A DNA stretch of 64,000 bases from an uncultured cyanobacterium (GTDB lineage: Bacteria; Cyanobacteriota; Cyanobacteriia; PCC-9006; JAAUQQ01), in assembly GCA_963718615.1 (NCBI GenBank), contig OY970368.1, positions 4,672,001 to 4,736,000 on the forward strand, in the 5' to 3' direction. Of the stretch, positions 1 to 9,649 are shown piece after piece. Position 1 is the stretch's first letter. Every line of letters starts with the position of its first letter. A model generated the notes under the pieces. The model saw only the letters and a list, made by a program, of their open reading frames with translations, searched no databases and had not been told where the DNA came from. Made by a program: the position numbers and the translations under genes.

Positions 1-403
1 CGGCACGAGCGATGCCAGCGGCCAGATGGGTTTTGCCGACCCCAGAAGGTCCGAAGAAGAGACAGTTTTGGGCGTCATCAATCCACTGGGGTTCAGTGGC
101 GAGTTTTTGAATCGGGAGAGGGTTAACCAGGGGCAGGTGTGTCCAATCGAAATTGGAAACCGTTTTGGCGTTGGGCAGTTGAGCTTCGGTGATGGCTCTT
201 TGGAGGCGCAAAGCCTTGCGGCGGTCTGTTTCGAGTTGGCACAGGGCCAAGAGAAATTGCGCGTAGGACCAGGTCTCTCGCATGGCTTGCTGCTCCAAGG
301 TCTCCCAGTGGTTGAGCATATGGGATAAGCGCAGGTGCTTGAGCTGAGCGCTGAGGCTTTGGTAAGGGCTCAGCTCCGGTTGAGACGAGCTCTGGTTCTG
401 CAT
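1..403 (-). CDS. istB: IS21 helper ATPase IstB (partial, not in ORF track)
   Basis: Manual translation from ATG 403: MQNQ...LKHLRLSHM...WSYAQFLLAL...CLFFGPSGVGKTHLA (Walker A). Confidence 0.92.
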   Translation of the reverse strand, partial: MQNQSSSQPELSPYQSLSAQLKHLRLSHMLNHWETLEQQAMRETWSYAQFLLALCQLETDRRKALRLQRAITEAQLPNAKTVSNFDWTHLPLVNPLPIQKLATEPQWIDDAQNCLFFGPSGVGKTHLAAGIARA

Positions 404-1913
404 CTGGGATGACGCTGCTGTGGGTGAACAGAAGGGCATCGTAGTCGTTGAGGTCATGTTGTTGGACATTCACGGTGGGGAATTCGAGTTTGGTGAGCAA
501 CTGAAAATGGAGTCTGAGCCTTGAGAGGGTGAGGGTTTTGGCCTCAATCTCTGGGAAGAGGTAGTCAGCGACCGCCGCTTCCTTGTTTTGGGTCGCCGCA
601 ATATAGAGGGCTTCGACCATGAGCACGGCGGCAGAATCAAGCTCAAAGCCAGCCTGGAGCTGTTTCCAGAGTTGGTGATAGCGCTCATTGGGCAGGAGGT
701 CCTCTCGCCAGGTGCTGTGGAGGAAGGCCAAGGGCTTTTTGCGCAACCCTTCGATGACATGGTGATAGTCCACCGAGCGGGCGCGCCGCTTGTCCTTGTC
801 AGTAGAACGAATCCGTTTCAACCTGAACACTTCATGGCCTTCGAGGTAGCCCATCAGGCGGTTGTGGTGCAGATGCACTTCCAGGGACCGGCCAATTAAG
901 CGAGACGGCACGCTGTAGAGCATGCAGCGGATATCAATCGTGCTGTTGCTGCTCACCTTGGCGGTGAGGAGTTCGTAGTCCGCAGCCCGGTATTTGGGCA
1001 ACGCCTGGAGATGCGCTTTCTCATGCTCATACTTATCCTGATGCTGGGCATTGAGCTTGGCCACACAGTCATTGAGCAGGTCTTGATAGTCGCTGACGCT
1101 AGCGAAGTCGGTGCTGCCGCGCAGGTACATCGCTTGGACAATGCGGTTCTTCAGATGACCGTGGGGGCCTTCAATAGAACCGTTCTCGTGGGCGATTCCC
1201 CGGTTGTTTCGCGTCGGTTGCAACCGATAGTGCTCACACAGGTCGTCATACAAGCGCGTCAGCGGTTTGGTCTTCTTCCCACCCAGATTTCGATAGGCCG
1301 CACTCAGGCTATCGGTGCGATGCTGCTTTGGAGCCCCGCCGCAGGCAAACAGGGCATTCTGCAATCCTTCGGATAGGGCGACAAAGCTTTCACCCCCCTC
1401 GATTAACTCCGCGTAGGACCAGCCGCTGTAGCCCAAGCGGTAGTGATAAATCAAGTGCTCATAGGGCTTTCCATTTATCGTCACCACCGTCCCTTTGAGT
1501 TCGGTGAAGTCGGAAAATCCTTGCACCCCCGGCTCGTGACGCAGCTCAAACATCACCTCGGGAGCTGGACCATACAGTGCTTTCCAGGTTCTCACTCGCC
1601 GCTGAAGCGTCCTGAGCACTTGCGGATATTGACCCGGATATTTGTCCTGCAAATGCTCAAATAACGTCGTCGGTTTCAGTCTTGGCTCAGCTCGCAGCAT
1701 CGCCTCTAGTTCGGCTTCCCAAAGACCGTTGAGTGGATCTGGCCGGGTCCGCACCCCGGTGCCCTCTCCACTCCCCTGCTGCCACTCGTTGGCATCCATT
1801 CGTTGCGCGGTTCGCACCGAAAATTCCGCCACCGCTGCCGCATCTTGCTGCGACAGGCCATGCTCCTTTGCATTCATGTACACTCGCTGTTGATACATTA
1901 TTACTCTCGACAC
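123..1913 (-). CDS. istA: IS21 transposase IstA
   Basis: RTRPDPL, RTLQRRVRTWKAL, DFT, RTDSLSAA, HENGSIE DDE-region motifs. Confidence 0.92.
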   Translation of the reverse strand: MSRVIMYQQRVYMNAKEHGLSQQDAAAVAEFSVRTAQRMDANEWQQGSGEGTGVRTRPDPLNGLWEAELEAMLRAEPRLKPTTLFEHLQDKYPGQYPQVLRTLQRRVRTWKALYGPAPEVMFELRHEPGVQGFSDFTELKGTVVTINGKPYEHLIYHYRLGYSGWSYAELIEGGESFVALSEGLQNALFACGGAPKQHRTDSLSAAYRNLGGKKTKPLTRLYDDLCEHYRLQPTRNNRGIAHENGSIEGPHGHLKNRIVQAMYLRGSTDFASVSDYQDLLNDCVAKLNAQHQDKYEHEKAHLQALPKYRAADYELLTAKVSSNSTIDIRCMLYSVPSRLIGRSLEVHLHHNRLMGYLEGHEVFRLKRIRSTDKDKRRARSVDYHHVIEGLRKKPLAFLHSTWREDLLPNERYHQLWKQLQAGFELDSAAVLMVEALYIAATQNKEAAVADYLFPEIEAKTLTLSRLRLHFQLLTKLEFPTVNVQQHDLNDYDALLFTHSSVIPDAEPELVSTGAEPLPKPQRSAQAPALIPYAQPLGDLGAASHARDLVLRAISLGPVPTRNRPPQGFAPPKSHHRSSTAQRQNGFQFRLDTPAPG

Positions 1914-2082
1914 TCGTTAGAGTCCTTTCTTTCCAGGGGGACCCTATGAGTGTCTTTTTTTGTCGATCGCCACGCCAGTGAGCTGTCAAAGTCTCACGTC
2001 TGTCTCACGATCCAAGCCACGCTTTCGCGACAACTCCCGCCAGGAAATGTCGAGCAGCCGCCAATGCTATTGTCGTCTAACA

Positions 2083-2631
2083 CTCTGATGTAATATCTGA
2101 GCGAATTGAAGCCAGCGCAAACCCCCTAATAGTCATTTTTGAGTATCAGTCGAACTGGTCTATAAGAGCCATCTTCGTATTTTTTGTATTCGATTGGTTC
2201 AAAACCTAAAGCAGTTCAATCGAGCAACAAGATAGAGAACTAATCCGGTAAAAGAGCGACAAAAAGAGAGTTTTTGTGCCGGAGAGCAGCGAGATACTTT
2301 TCCTCATCATAAGGAGTCCTATCCTGCCAACATCACTAAAAGAACCCGACCCCATTTATACGCCAAAGCGCGAATAGCCTTAAAGGTTTGCCTCAAAAAG
2401 ATAGGACAAGACCAACGCCAATGGACCCAACGTTTCTTGCCACTTTCTTCCTTAACCGGTGCAATACCGATGTAACTCAGAAAAGCCTGAGCACAGTCAA
2501 AGCGAGTACGGTCTTCCCCGGCAGCATAAGCGGTTGTGCTGAGGTTGAGTTTCATTGTGCTAGATTGGGAGTGTTTTGTTGGATGGAGCGTCTGCCCCCG
2601 CACGCAAAGCGAAGAGATTAGGTCAAAGGTC
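2083..2631 (-). mobile_element. Internally deleted IS110-family element, copy 1
   Basis: Encodes IGIAPVKEESGKKRWVHWRWSCPIFLRQTF/KAIRALAYKW; ends and 157-nt 3' non-coding part shared with 44731-45325. Confidence 0.8.
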
Positions 2632-3549
2632 CTGCTTGACTGACAAAACTAAGAAGGTGGGAAGTGTGTAAGGACGGTGAATTCACGCCGAAATGACAGT
2701 TCAGCTTGACGCATTGAAGCCATCGCAGGTTCTGGGTCTGGAGCACTAGATAAAAAGCGGTAGACCACAATTTTTGTTTGTTCGGCGATGGCCAAGCGAA
2801 TCCAATTCCAGCCGATTTTGAGATAGCTCATGCCGCGTTTCCAGTGTGGGTCAACGGCTTGCCGCTGGCCCTGAGCCACCACCGCCGTGCCCTGCAAGAC
2901 GAGAAATAGCATGGTCAAAGCGACCACCCAGAGCAATTGCGTCAAAGCAAACGGGTCACGCATACGGCAAGCCTCCACCTGAAAGCCATTGGACTTCAAA
3001 TCGAGAAAATTCTCCTCAATTTGGAACCGCAAGCGATATTCTGCAAAGGTAGACAAATTCGTGGGTTCGTCGCTGGCAATCATCCAGAACTCGCCACTTT
3101 GCAGGTCCTGGGCGAAGGCCAGATAGACGGGGCCATAGGGCTTGGTTTTGCCCAATTGCACTGGGCCAGTAAAGTAGGCTTCACCCGCCGCGAGCTGAAT
3201 GTCGCTGATTTTATGCCATCGGCCATCGTCGCTCTGAAACTGAAACCGTTTCTTAATCCGAATCCGGAAATGCCACTTCAGTGTCTGTCGCAGGTATTTC
3301 AGTAACTTGCCATCGGCAAAGCCTCGGTCAGCCAGCAACACCACTTTGACCGATGGCGGCAAGGTCGCCGCCACTTGCCGCAACACCCGTTGCACATACC
3401 ACAGCCGGATCGTACTGCTTTTGTGCGGCACCACCCGCAAGGCGATGGGGAGGGTGCGGCTCGGTTGTGTCAGAACTCCTAGCCTAAACCAGACTCCAAT
3501 ACCCTCTCTACTTGCGTTTCATCTATTCACACTTTTGTCAGTCAAGCAG
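2632..3549 (-). mobile_element. IS4-family element with 5'-deleted transposase
   Basis: Perfect 17-bp terminal IRs CTGCTTGACTGACAAAA (2632-2648 / 3533-3549). Confidence 0.85.
2649..3440 (-). pseudogene. IS4-family DDE transposase, N-terminus missing
   Basis: LLADRGF and YRLRFQIEENFLDLKS (YREK-type) motifs; upstream ATG at 3522 hits a stop after 4 codons. Confidence 0.85.
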
Positions 3550-3838
3550 CCTTCTCACCTCTGTCCAGCCCCTCCACCAACAGGCCATGGACCTCGCCGA
3601 ACGCGCCGCGATTGGCTTCGCCAAGCTCCGAAGGATCGCCAAACTCCGAGGCGACCTCACTAGCGCCCAAACCCTCCTCCAGCAAGCCTGCCAAGCTGCC
3701 ACCCTTTCCTGGCCAGGAAACTTGCTCGCACAACAAGGTGAAGTCGCAAAGGGAATTACTAAGGATGAAATGGTTTCGATTGTCCCTTGAGCGGGGGCGC
3801 AATCCATTTTGCCACCCCGCTCCTCATCCCCAGAACGC

Positions 3839-4570
3839 TTACTCGCAACCCTTAATATTCTTGCCCCCATTAGGAACGCCTTCAGAAATCCAGCCCGTGC
3901 GTTTGCCCCCATTGGCGCTGTCGTAGGTGACCTTGAGCCAAATGCGATCGCCAGCGGTAGTCCGTTCCACCGGATCCGTCGTCAAAACCTGCGACCCCCC
4001 CAGCGGACCATCATTGCCAAACTTCGAGGCTTGAATCTTGCCATTCGGGGTTTCCCGAGCTGCCAGTCCCTCCTTCGGCACCACAAGGAAACAAGCCTTC
4101 GCCGCTGGGGTTGCATTGCCGCTTTCAGGCGCAGGTGTTGGAGTGGGTGTCGGGGCCGGGGCCGGCGTCGGCTTGGGCGCTGAGCTGCCAGGAGCCTTCG
4201 CCTCGCAGTTCGTGAGCAGGGTATCGGTTTTGATCCAGCCCACGAGCGGATCTGTGATCTGAACAATCCCAGACCCCAACACCCCCGTGAGAACAATGCG
4301 GGTAAAGGGCTTGAGGGTGCCTACGGGTTTCGATTGGGCGGTGTCGGCAAAGACGCTGACGGTGTCGCTACCGCTGGAACGACAGGTCCCCACATAGCTG
4401 GCTTTTTCGTTGAGGGGAGTTGTGTCGGTGGCTTGGGCGAGGGCCGGGAAGGAGAGAGAGAGGGGGGCGATCGCCCCAATCATTGCCCCAAGGATGGGTC
4501 CAGCGAAGGCGACGGGGAATACATAGGGTAAACGGTAAGATGCGCTGAGTTGTTTCATTGGTTTAACCAC
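3839..4570 (-). CDS. Secreted protein with two SH3-like domains and Pro/Thr linker
   Basis: Hydrophobic N-terminus ending ALAQ; two modules ending GWI; PTPAPAPTPTP linker. Confidence 0.65.
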   Translation of the reverse strand: MVKPMKQLSASYRLPYVFPVAFAGPILGAMIGAIAPLSLSFPALAQATDTTPLNEKASYVGTCRSSGSDTVSVFADTAQSKPVGTLKPFTRIVLTGVLGSGIVQITDPLVGWIKTDTLLTNCEAKAPGSSAPKPTPAPAPTPTPTPAPESGNATPAAKACFLVVPKEGLAARETPNGKIQASKFGNDGPLGGSQVLTTDPVERTTAGDRIWLKVTYDSANGGKRTGWISEGVPNGGKNIKGCE

Positions 4571-4686
4571 GAGCTTATGGTGTAGGTTAACAGCAGCATT
4601 GAACCATGCCTTTATCGAGGATTTGAGTCAAATTGATAGAAAACTTGACAGAAACCCAACAAAGGTAGGCTGAATCACGTTTTGTA

Positions 4687-4810
4687 CAACAGTCCGGACA
4701 GTTTTAAATTAAGGGGCTAAAACCCTTGATTTCTCGTTACTGAGGTGGGCTTCACAAAGGGCCGAAACCCGCATTCTGTCGTAGTCAATCAAAAACTGTC
4801 CAGAGTATTG
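4687..4810. mobile_element. 124-bp MITE
   Basis: 19-bp imperfect terminal IRs (CAACAGTCCGGACAGTTTT / AAAACTGTCCAGAGTATTG) flanked by 6-bp direct repeat TTTGTA. Confidence 0.8.
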
Positions 4811-4957
4811 TTTGTATATACCATGATTTATCATCACCAAGTCAATGAATCTCTCTTACCTAGCTCATAAATTAAACGAATTGAATAGGATTTTACACTC
4901 CATTAGGTAGTCGTTTAAGAGATAGATCAAACATTAGATCGTGATAATTAAAAAGAT

Positions 4958-5629
4958 TTAGTTGATTCGTAAATAAGAGTCTTGAAGGGTAAGATTTTCA
5001 ATGTCTGTACTAAATCTAGAAATTGATTTCTGCACAAAAGAAACAACTTCATCAGTGTATTTAGAGGAAGGCTCCAAAAGTTCTCCATGGGCAATCGCAC
5101 ATCGATTTTTAAGCAAATCATCAATAAATGGTCCATGTGTTGCCCAGTGCATTGAGTAATCTATGCCAAGGGTTAGACAGATATTTTCAAGAACTTCTGA
5201 ATTTAGATTAGATTCTGTATCAATAATAGACGATGCTTGTACTCCTCTGATGTTCAGACAACAATCATCTCTTAGACGCTGAACAATTTTTATATGAGAT
5301 CTAATTTTCTTAGCAGCTTTAGATGCAACCAAGATTTCTGCACGACAAGCGATCGCTTGAAAATTTGAGGTTAAGCTTTCTAATGTCGGAGTTTTGAAGA
5401 AGACATAATCTACATATGCTGTTGCAGCATGCTTTACAAACCCCTCCCAATGTGCATAAGCCAAGAGAACTGCACTTCTGCACACTATTGGTTGTTCGTG
5501 CTTACGGCCATGAGTAATCAGTTGAGCCAATGTGATTAGCTCTCGTCGCCGTTTTTGACTATTTTGCGCAAGCGAGTCTATAAGAGAATCTTTACTTTTA
5601 TGAACACTCATCAAGCCACTCACGCCCAA
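4958..5629 (-). CDS. MAE_28990/MAE_18760-like HEPN nuclease
   Basis: LLAYAHWEGFVK, TESNL, RCAIAHG (RxxxxH); overlaps the DUF262 gene end. Confidence 0.8.
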   Translation of the reverse strand: MGVSGLMSVHKSKDSLIDSLAQNSQKRRRELITLAQLITHGRKHEQPIVCRSAVLLAYAHWEGFVKHAATAYVDYVFFKTPTLESLTSNFQAIACRAEILVASKAAKKIRSHIKIVQRLRDDCCLNIRGVQASSIIDTESNLNSEVLENICLTLGIDYSMHWATHGPFIDDLLKNRCAIAHGELLEPSSKYTDEVVSFVQKSISRFSTDIENLTLQDSYLRIN

Positions 5630-6716
5630 ATGTTATAGTCCGGGGAATCCGTGTAGATGAGCGGACACCTGATTTTGTGAACTGCTTGAGTTGATCATTA
5701 GAGCCTAAAAGACGGTGTTTTTCTATAAATTTTGTTGGATTAGGAAATGTCTTTTCCTGTAACCTTCTCCGCGCTAGTCCTACTCCAATAACTTCAAATA
5801 GGGACACTAATGTTGCGCCGTAATAACACGATTTACGACTATCAAATTTTCTAAAGCTATCTTGTCCAAGATGTTCTGAAAGGTACTGAAATACCTCATC
5901 AAATACCAAGCCTATGCGTACTTTATCAAAATCTTGTGAGTTCGAAATATCGACAATCTCATCAGTTAAGAATCCACCCAGCTCCTCTATACTTAGAAGC
6001 CTTGACTCATCTACTACAGAAAACACAATGAATCTTGTAATTAGTTCCAGATCAAAAGCTTCATCCATTGCCCTCTCCGTCAACAGTATTGTTTCAGAGA
6101 AGAATTTATTCGCTCCTAAATCTTTCTTAAGCCACTCAAAGAAGCTGCGATTATTCATGACGAGAATACAGTTTCTAACTTCTTGGTCAGTCCCTGCCGA
6201 GCCGCCGCTATTCAATCGTTGAAAAATTTCATACTTTGCAATTTCATCGCTCGTATTCTTTACTATATTAACATCTAAACGAGCACGTTTTATTTTAATT
6301 CGTGCTGACTCTGGAAGTCTATCACGGCCTTCAAAATCTTCTTTCCATACTTTACCTGCAAGGCTAGGAAGATACTTGGTTCCGGTTAGAACAAGAGGTT
6401 CTTGTTCTTGATTCATCTCATCTTTAAGGATACCCATTAATTCAAAAATAGTAGACAGTCGCTGTAAACCATCAATGACATCCCATCTAGACTTGTCGTT
6501 CTCTGAAACAAATATTGGTGGTATGGGAATACCAAGTAAGAGTGATTCTACTAACCTAGATTTCTGCTCGGACTTCCATCTAAAAAAACGTTGAAATTCA
6601 GGATGTATGTTAAGTTCTCCATCTGTATACATGGAGGATAATTCTCCTACAGACATTGAATACGAGTCGCTTGACACCTTCGCAGAATGCTTACTAATTT
6701 CTGCCTCTAAATTCAT
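5598..6716 (-). CDS. DUF262 (GmrS/ParB-like) protein
   Basis: PEFQRFFRW, ESLLLGIPIP, VIDGLQRL, IFQRLNSGG. Confidence 0.9.
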   Translation of the reverse strand: MNLEAEISKHSAKVSSDSYSMSVGELSSMYTDGELNIHPEFQRFFRWKSEQKSRLVESLLLGIPIPPIFVSENDKSRWDVIDGLQRLSTIFELMGILKDEMNQEQEPLVLTGTKYLPSLAGKVWKEDFEGRDRLPESARIKIKRARLDVNIVKNTSDEIAKYEIFQRLNSGGSAGTDQEVRNCILVMNNRSFFEWLKKDLGANKFFSETILLTERAMDEAFDLELITRFIVFSVVDESRLLSIEELGGFLTDEIVDISNSQDFDKVRIGLVFDEVFQYLSEHLGQDSFRKFDSRKSCYYGATLVSLFEVIGVGLARRRLQEKTFPNPTKFIEKHRLLGSNDQLKQFTKSGVRSSTRIPRTITFGREWLDECS

Positions 6717-6771
6717 AGGTACTATTAAACAGATGAGTACATTTAAGTTTTATAAAGTAGAGCTTCGAGAT

Positions 6772-6806
6772 TAAGGGTAGCTCTAAAGCTTAGAATCTAC
6801 CCTTAA
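6772..6806 (-). terminator. Hairpin downstream of aminotransferase
   Basis: TAAGGGTAG...CTACCCTTA inverted repeat. Confidence 0.5.
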
Positions 6807-6822
6807 ATTTTAAGGTCAAAAT

Positions 6823-8010
6823 CTACTTTTTGTAACCCAGCTCGCCCAGCACGCGCTCCAGCGCCGCTAGCAGCGTCACCACATTCTCCGGACGGCTGTT
6901 GAAGCCCATCAGGCCAACCCGCCACACCTGACCGGCCAAATCGCCCAGGCCCCCGCCGATTTCGATGTTGTAATCGTTCAGCAGCTTGCTGGTAACCGCT
7001 TTGCCATCAATGCCATCGGGAATGCGCACTGTGGTCAGCGTCGGCAGTCGGTGTTCCTGGGGAACGTGACACTTCAGCCCCAGATCGGCCAGCCCTTCCC
7101 AAAGCAGTTCCGCATTTTTCTGATGCCGAGCCCAGCGGTTTTCGATGCCCTCTTCGCAGATCAGCCGTAGGGCTTCGCGAATGGCGTAGTTCATGTTGAT
7201 CGGTGCAGTGTGGTGGTAGGTCCGCTCTGCACCCCAGTATTTGCCCACTAGGGACATATCCAGATACCAGTTGGGGACTTTACCTTCGCGCTTGTTGAGT
7301 TTTTCTAGGGCGCGATCGCTCATCGTAAACGGCGAAGCACCCGGCGGGCAGCTCAGGCCCTTTTGGCTACAGCTATAGGCCAGGTCAATGCCCCATTCGT
7401 CAATGAACAGCGGCACACCGCCCAAGCTCGTCACCGTATCGGCAATCAGCAAACAGTCAAATTCTTTGCACAGATCGCCCACGCCTTCCAGGGGTTGGCA
7501 GGCTCCCGTGGAGGTTTCGGCATGAACGAGGGCCAGAACCTGAGGTCGATGCTCTTCCATGGCGGCGCGCAGTTCGCTGAGGCTAAAGACTTCGCCCCAG
7601 GGTTTGCGGATCGTGCGCACATCGGCGCGGTAGCGATCGCCCATATCCGTAAGGCGATTGCCAAAATACCCCATCACGCCCACAAGCATGACTTCACCGG
7701 GTTCGATGGTGTTGGCGATCGTTGCTTCCATGGCCGCGCTGCCGGTGCCGCTAACGGGAATGGTAATCCGGTTTTCCGTTTGCCAAGCGTAGCGCAGCAT
7801 TTCCTGGACTTCGCTCATCATGGTGAGGAACGCGGGGTCGAGGTGGCCGACTTGGCGCAAGCTCAGGGCTTGGAGGACCGCCGGGTGAGCGTTGGAAGGG
7901 CCAGGACCCAGGAGCAGGCGAGGCGGCATCGCCAGCGGACCGGCCTGAACCCGGTGGGCTTCGTTGATTTTGGGCTGGGACACAGTTTTCGGGGGAGGCG
8001 TTGCAACCAT
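6823..8010 (-). CDS. Alanine-glyoxylate/serine-pyruvate aminotransferase (class V PLP)
   Basis: LLLGPGPS, HAETSTG, SQKGLSCPPG, YHHT. Confidence 0.93.
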   Translation of the reverse strand: MVATPPPKTVSQPKINEAHRVQAGPLAMPPRLLLGPGPSNAHPAVLQALSLRQVGHLDPAFLTMMSEVQEMLRYAWQTENRITIPVSGTGSAAMEATIANTIEPGEVMLVGVMGYFGNRLTDMGDRYRADVRTIRKPWGEVFSLSELRAAMEEHRPQVLALVHAETSTGACQPLEGVGDLCKEFDCLLIADTVTSLGGVPLFIDEWGIDLAYSCSQKGLSCPPGASPFTMSDRALEKLNKREGKVPNWYLDMSLVGKYWGAERTYHHTAPINMNYAIREALRLICEEGIENRWARHQKNAELLWEGLADLGLKCHVPQEHRLPTLTTVRIPDGIDGKAVTSKLLNDYNIEIGGGLGDLAGQVWRVGLMGFNSRPENVVTLLAALERVLGELGYKK

Positions 8011-8182
8011 TGAACTTCTTCTTGCTGTTGAGATTGAGTAGCCGAGGCTACAAGCGTTTGCCCTAGTTTCCCAAATTTCGAGTCATCCTGGGTGTTTTTC
8101 TGGAAAAGGGGGGTAGGGGGCTTCCTAGCAATCTACTAACCACGCTTCTAAACTTGGGGAGACTCCAGAGCCAGTGTTTGCT

Positions 8183-8377
8183 ATGCCACTCACACTGACG
8201 CCCGAGCTTGAGCAGTTTGCCCAGAACCAAGTTGCCCTGGGGCGATACTCATCTACTAATGAGGTTATTCTTTCGGCGTTGCGGATTCTAGAATCTCTTG
8301 AGATGCTCTATAAAGGTCGGTTTGAGGAGCTTCAGCGTGAGATTCAGATGGGAATTGCGGGGGCCATCGAGTGCTGA
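8183..8377 (+). CDS. ParD-like RHH antitoxin, apparently truncated, no toxin partner
   Basis: LTLTPELEQF..QV..GRYSSTNEVI..ALR.LE pattern. Confidence 0.7.
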   Translation: MPLTLTPELEQFAQNQVALGRYSSTNEVILSALRILESLEMLYKGRFEELQREIQMGIAGAIEC

Positions 8378-8404
8378 GTGGCTATCAAGATTTAGAGGCT
8401 CTTT

Positions 8405-9649
8405 TTAGGGAGAAGAATCATCCGTAGCGATTTCCCAGAGCCAACCGATTAGGGTCATGACGAGGGTGCTGAGAAAAGCGATCAGGCCGATGACGGCGTC
8501 GCGGGGCATGAAGGCTTCGAGCCAGCTGGCTTGAAGTTTGAGGACGGGGTTTTGGGGGTTGAGGCCGATGTCGATGCGCTTGGTTTTGCCGGAGAAGTTG
8601 AGTTTTAGGCCGGGGAGGGATTGGTCGAGTTTGAGGGTTTGGTTGTCGCTGGGTTTGGCTTCGGTTTTTTCTTCGGAAAGGCTGAGGTGGAGGAGGGTGT
8701 CGATGCTGTCGGTGGGAGTGAAGGTGAGGAATTGGTCGGTTTCGAGGCTGGCGGCTCTGTCGGCGAGGCGGACGCTGCCTGCGAGGATGGCGGATTCGCG
8801 GTAGTGGGTGTTGTAGTTTTGGGCGCGGACGTTGGGGGCGTCCAGTTTGACGTTTTGGACGGCGAGGTTGCCCCAGAAGGGTTGTGCGGTGAATTCGGTG
8901 AGCTGGATGTCTAGATCAACGGCGTTGGCTAGGTCGAGGGTGAGTTGGTTGTCGGGTTGCCAGGTGAAGGTTGGGTCGGAGGAGAGGTTGGGGTTGCTGT
9001 CGATGCGATAGTTGGTGAGCTGGACGGAAAAGGAGCCGTTGGGATTGAGGTTGAGGTGGGCGGTTTTGGTATTTGGACGGTTGGCGTTGTTGAGGTTGAA
9101 CTTGATGCGTTTGTTGTAGGTGTCGTAGGTTAGGGCGTTGACTTGGGTGTTGGGTTCGAGGGAGAGGTCGGTGAGTTCGAGGCTGGCGTTGGGGCGAAGG
9201 CTGAGCTGGAGGGTGGCGCTGTCGTCGAGGGGGGTGAGGTCTAGGCTGGTGGTGTTTTGGAGGGTGGGATTGTCGGCAAATTGGCCGGTGAGGCGCAGGG
9301 GGATTTTACCTGTGAGGCTGAGTTGGCGGAGGGTGGGGGTGTTGAGGAGGAAGGGTTGGGGGGCGGTGCTCTCGAAGCTGAGGCTGCTGAGGGTGAGGCT
9401 GCCTTCGCAGGGTTGAGGGCTGGGCAGGAGGGTACCACAGACAATGAGCAGACTGAAGAAAAGGATGCCCAAGAGCAGGCAAATGAATTTGGGTTTACGT
9501 TGGGCAAGGGTTTTGAATTTTTGCCAAGTTTTTTGGCCCCCATTACGCAGGCTGGTGAGTTGGAGTCGCCAGGTTTGCTGGGACCAGGTGCGCAGGTTGG
9601 CAAGATTGGGTGGTTTACGGTGATGAGGTTGGGATTTTATTGGAGCCAT
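8405..9649 (-). CDS. Hypothetical membrane protein (2 TM, large beta-rich loop)
   Basis: 414-aa ORF with hydrophobic segments near both ends; overlaps upstream gene. Confidence 0.7.
   Translation of the reverse strand: MAPIKSQPHHRKPPNLANLRTWSQQTWRLQLTSLRNGGQKTWQKFKTLAQRKPKFICLLLGILFFSLLIVCGTLLPSPQPCEGSLTLSSLSFESTAPQPFLLNTPTLRQLSLTGKIPLRLTGQFADNPTLQNTTSLDLTPLDDSATLQLSLRPNASLELTDLSLEPNTQVNALTYDTYNKRIKFNLNNANRPNTKTAHLNLNPNGSFSVQLTNYRIDSNPNLSSDPTFTWQPDNQLTLDLANAVDLDIQLTEFTAQPFWGNLAVQNVKLDAPNVRAQNYNTHYRESAILAGSVRLADRAASLETDQFLTFTPTDSIDTLLHLSLSEEKTEAKPSDNQTLKLDQSLPGLKLNFSGKTKRIDIGLNPQNPVLKLQASWLEAFMPRDAVIGLIAFLSTLVMTLIGWLWEIATDDSSP

Larger units (their letters stand above)
1..2082 (-). mobile_element. 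IS21-family insertion sequence (runs off left window edge)
   Basis: istA/istB pair; terminus reads TGTTAGACGACAA on - strand at 2082, with repeated CGCCA-N-TGTC motifs at ~1965-2075 typical of IS21 ends. Confidence 0.9.

Noticed and set aside
2075-2081. GTCTAAC as an attC inverse core
   Set aside because: It is part of the IS21 terminus; no L boxes or partner core
3550-3790. LHQQAMDLAE-type small gene fragment (and a TPR scrap at ~14200-14310)
   Set aside because: Too short and broken to call reliably
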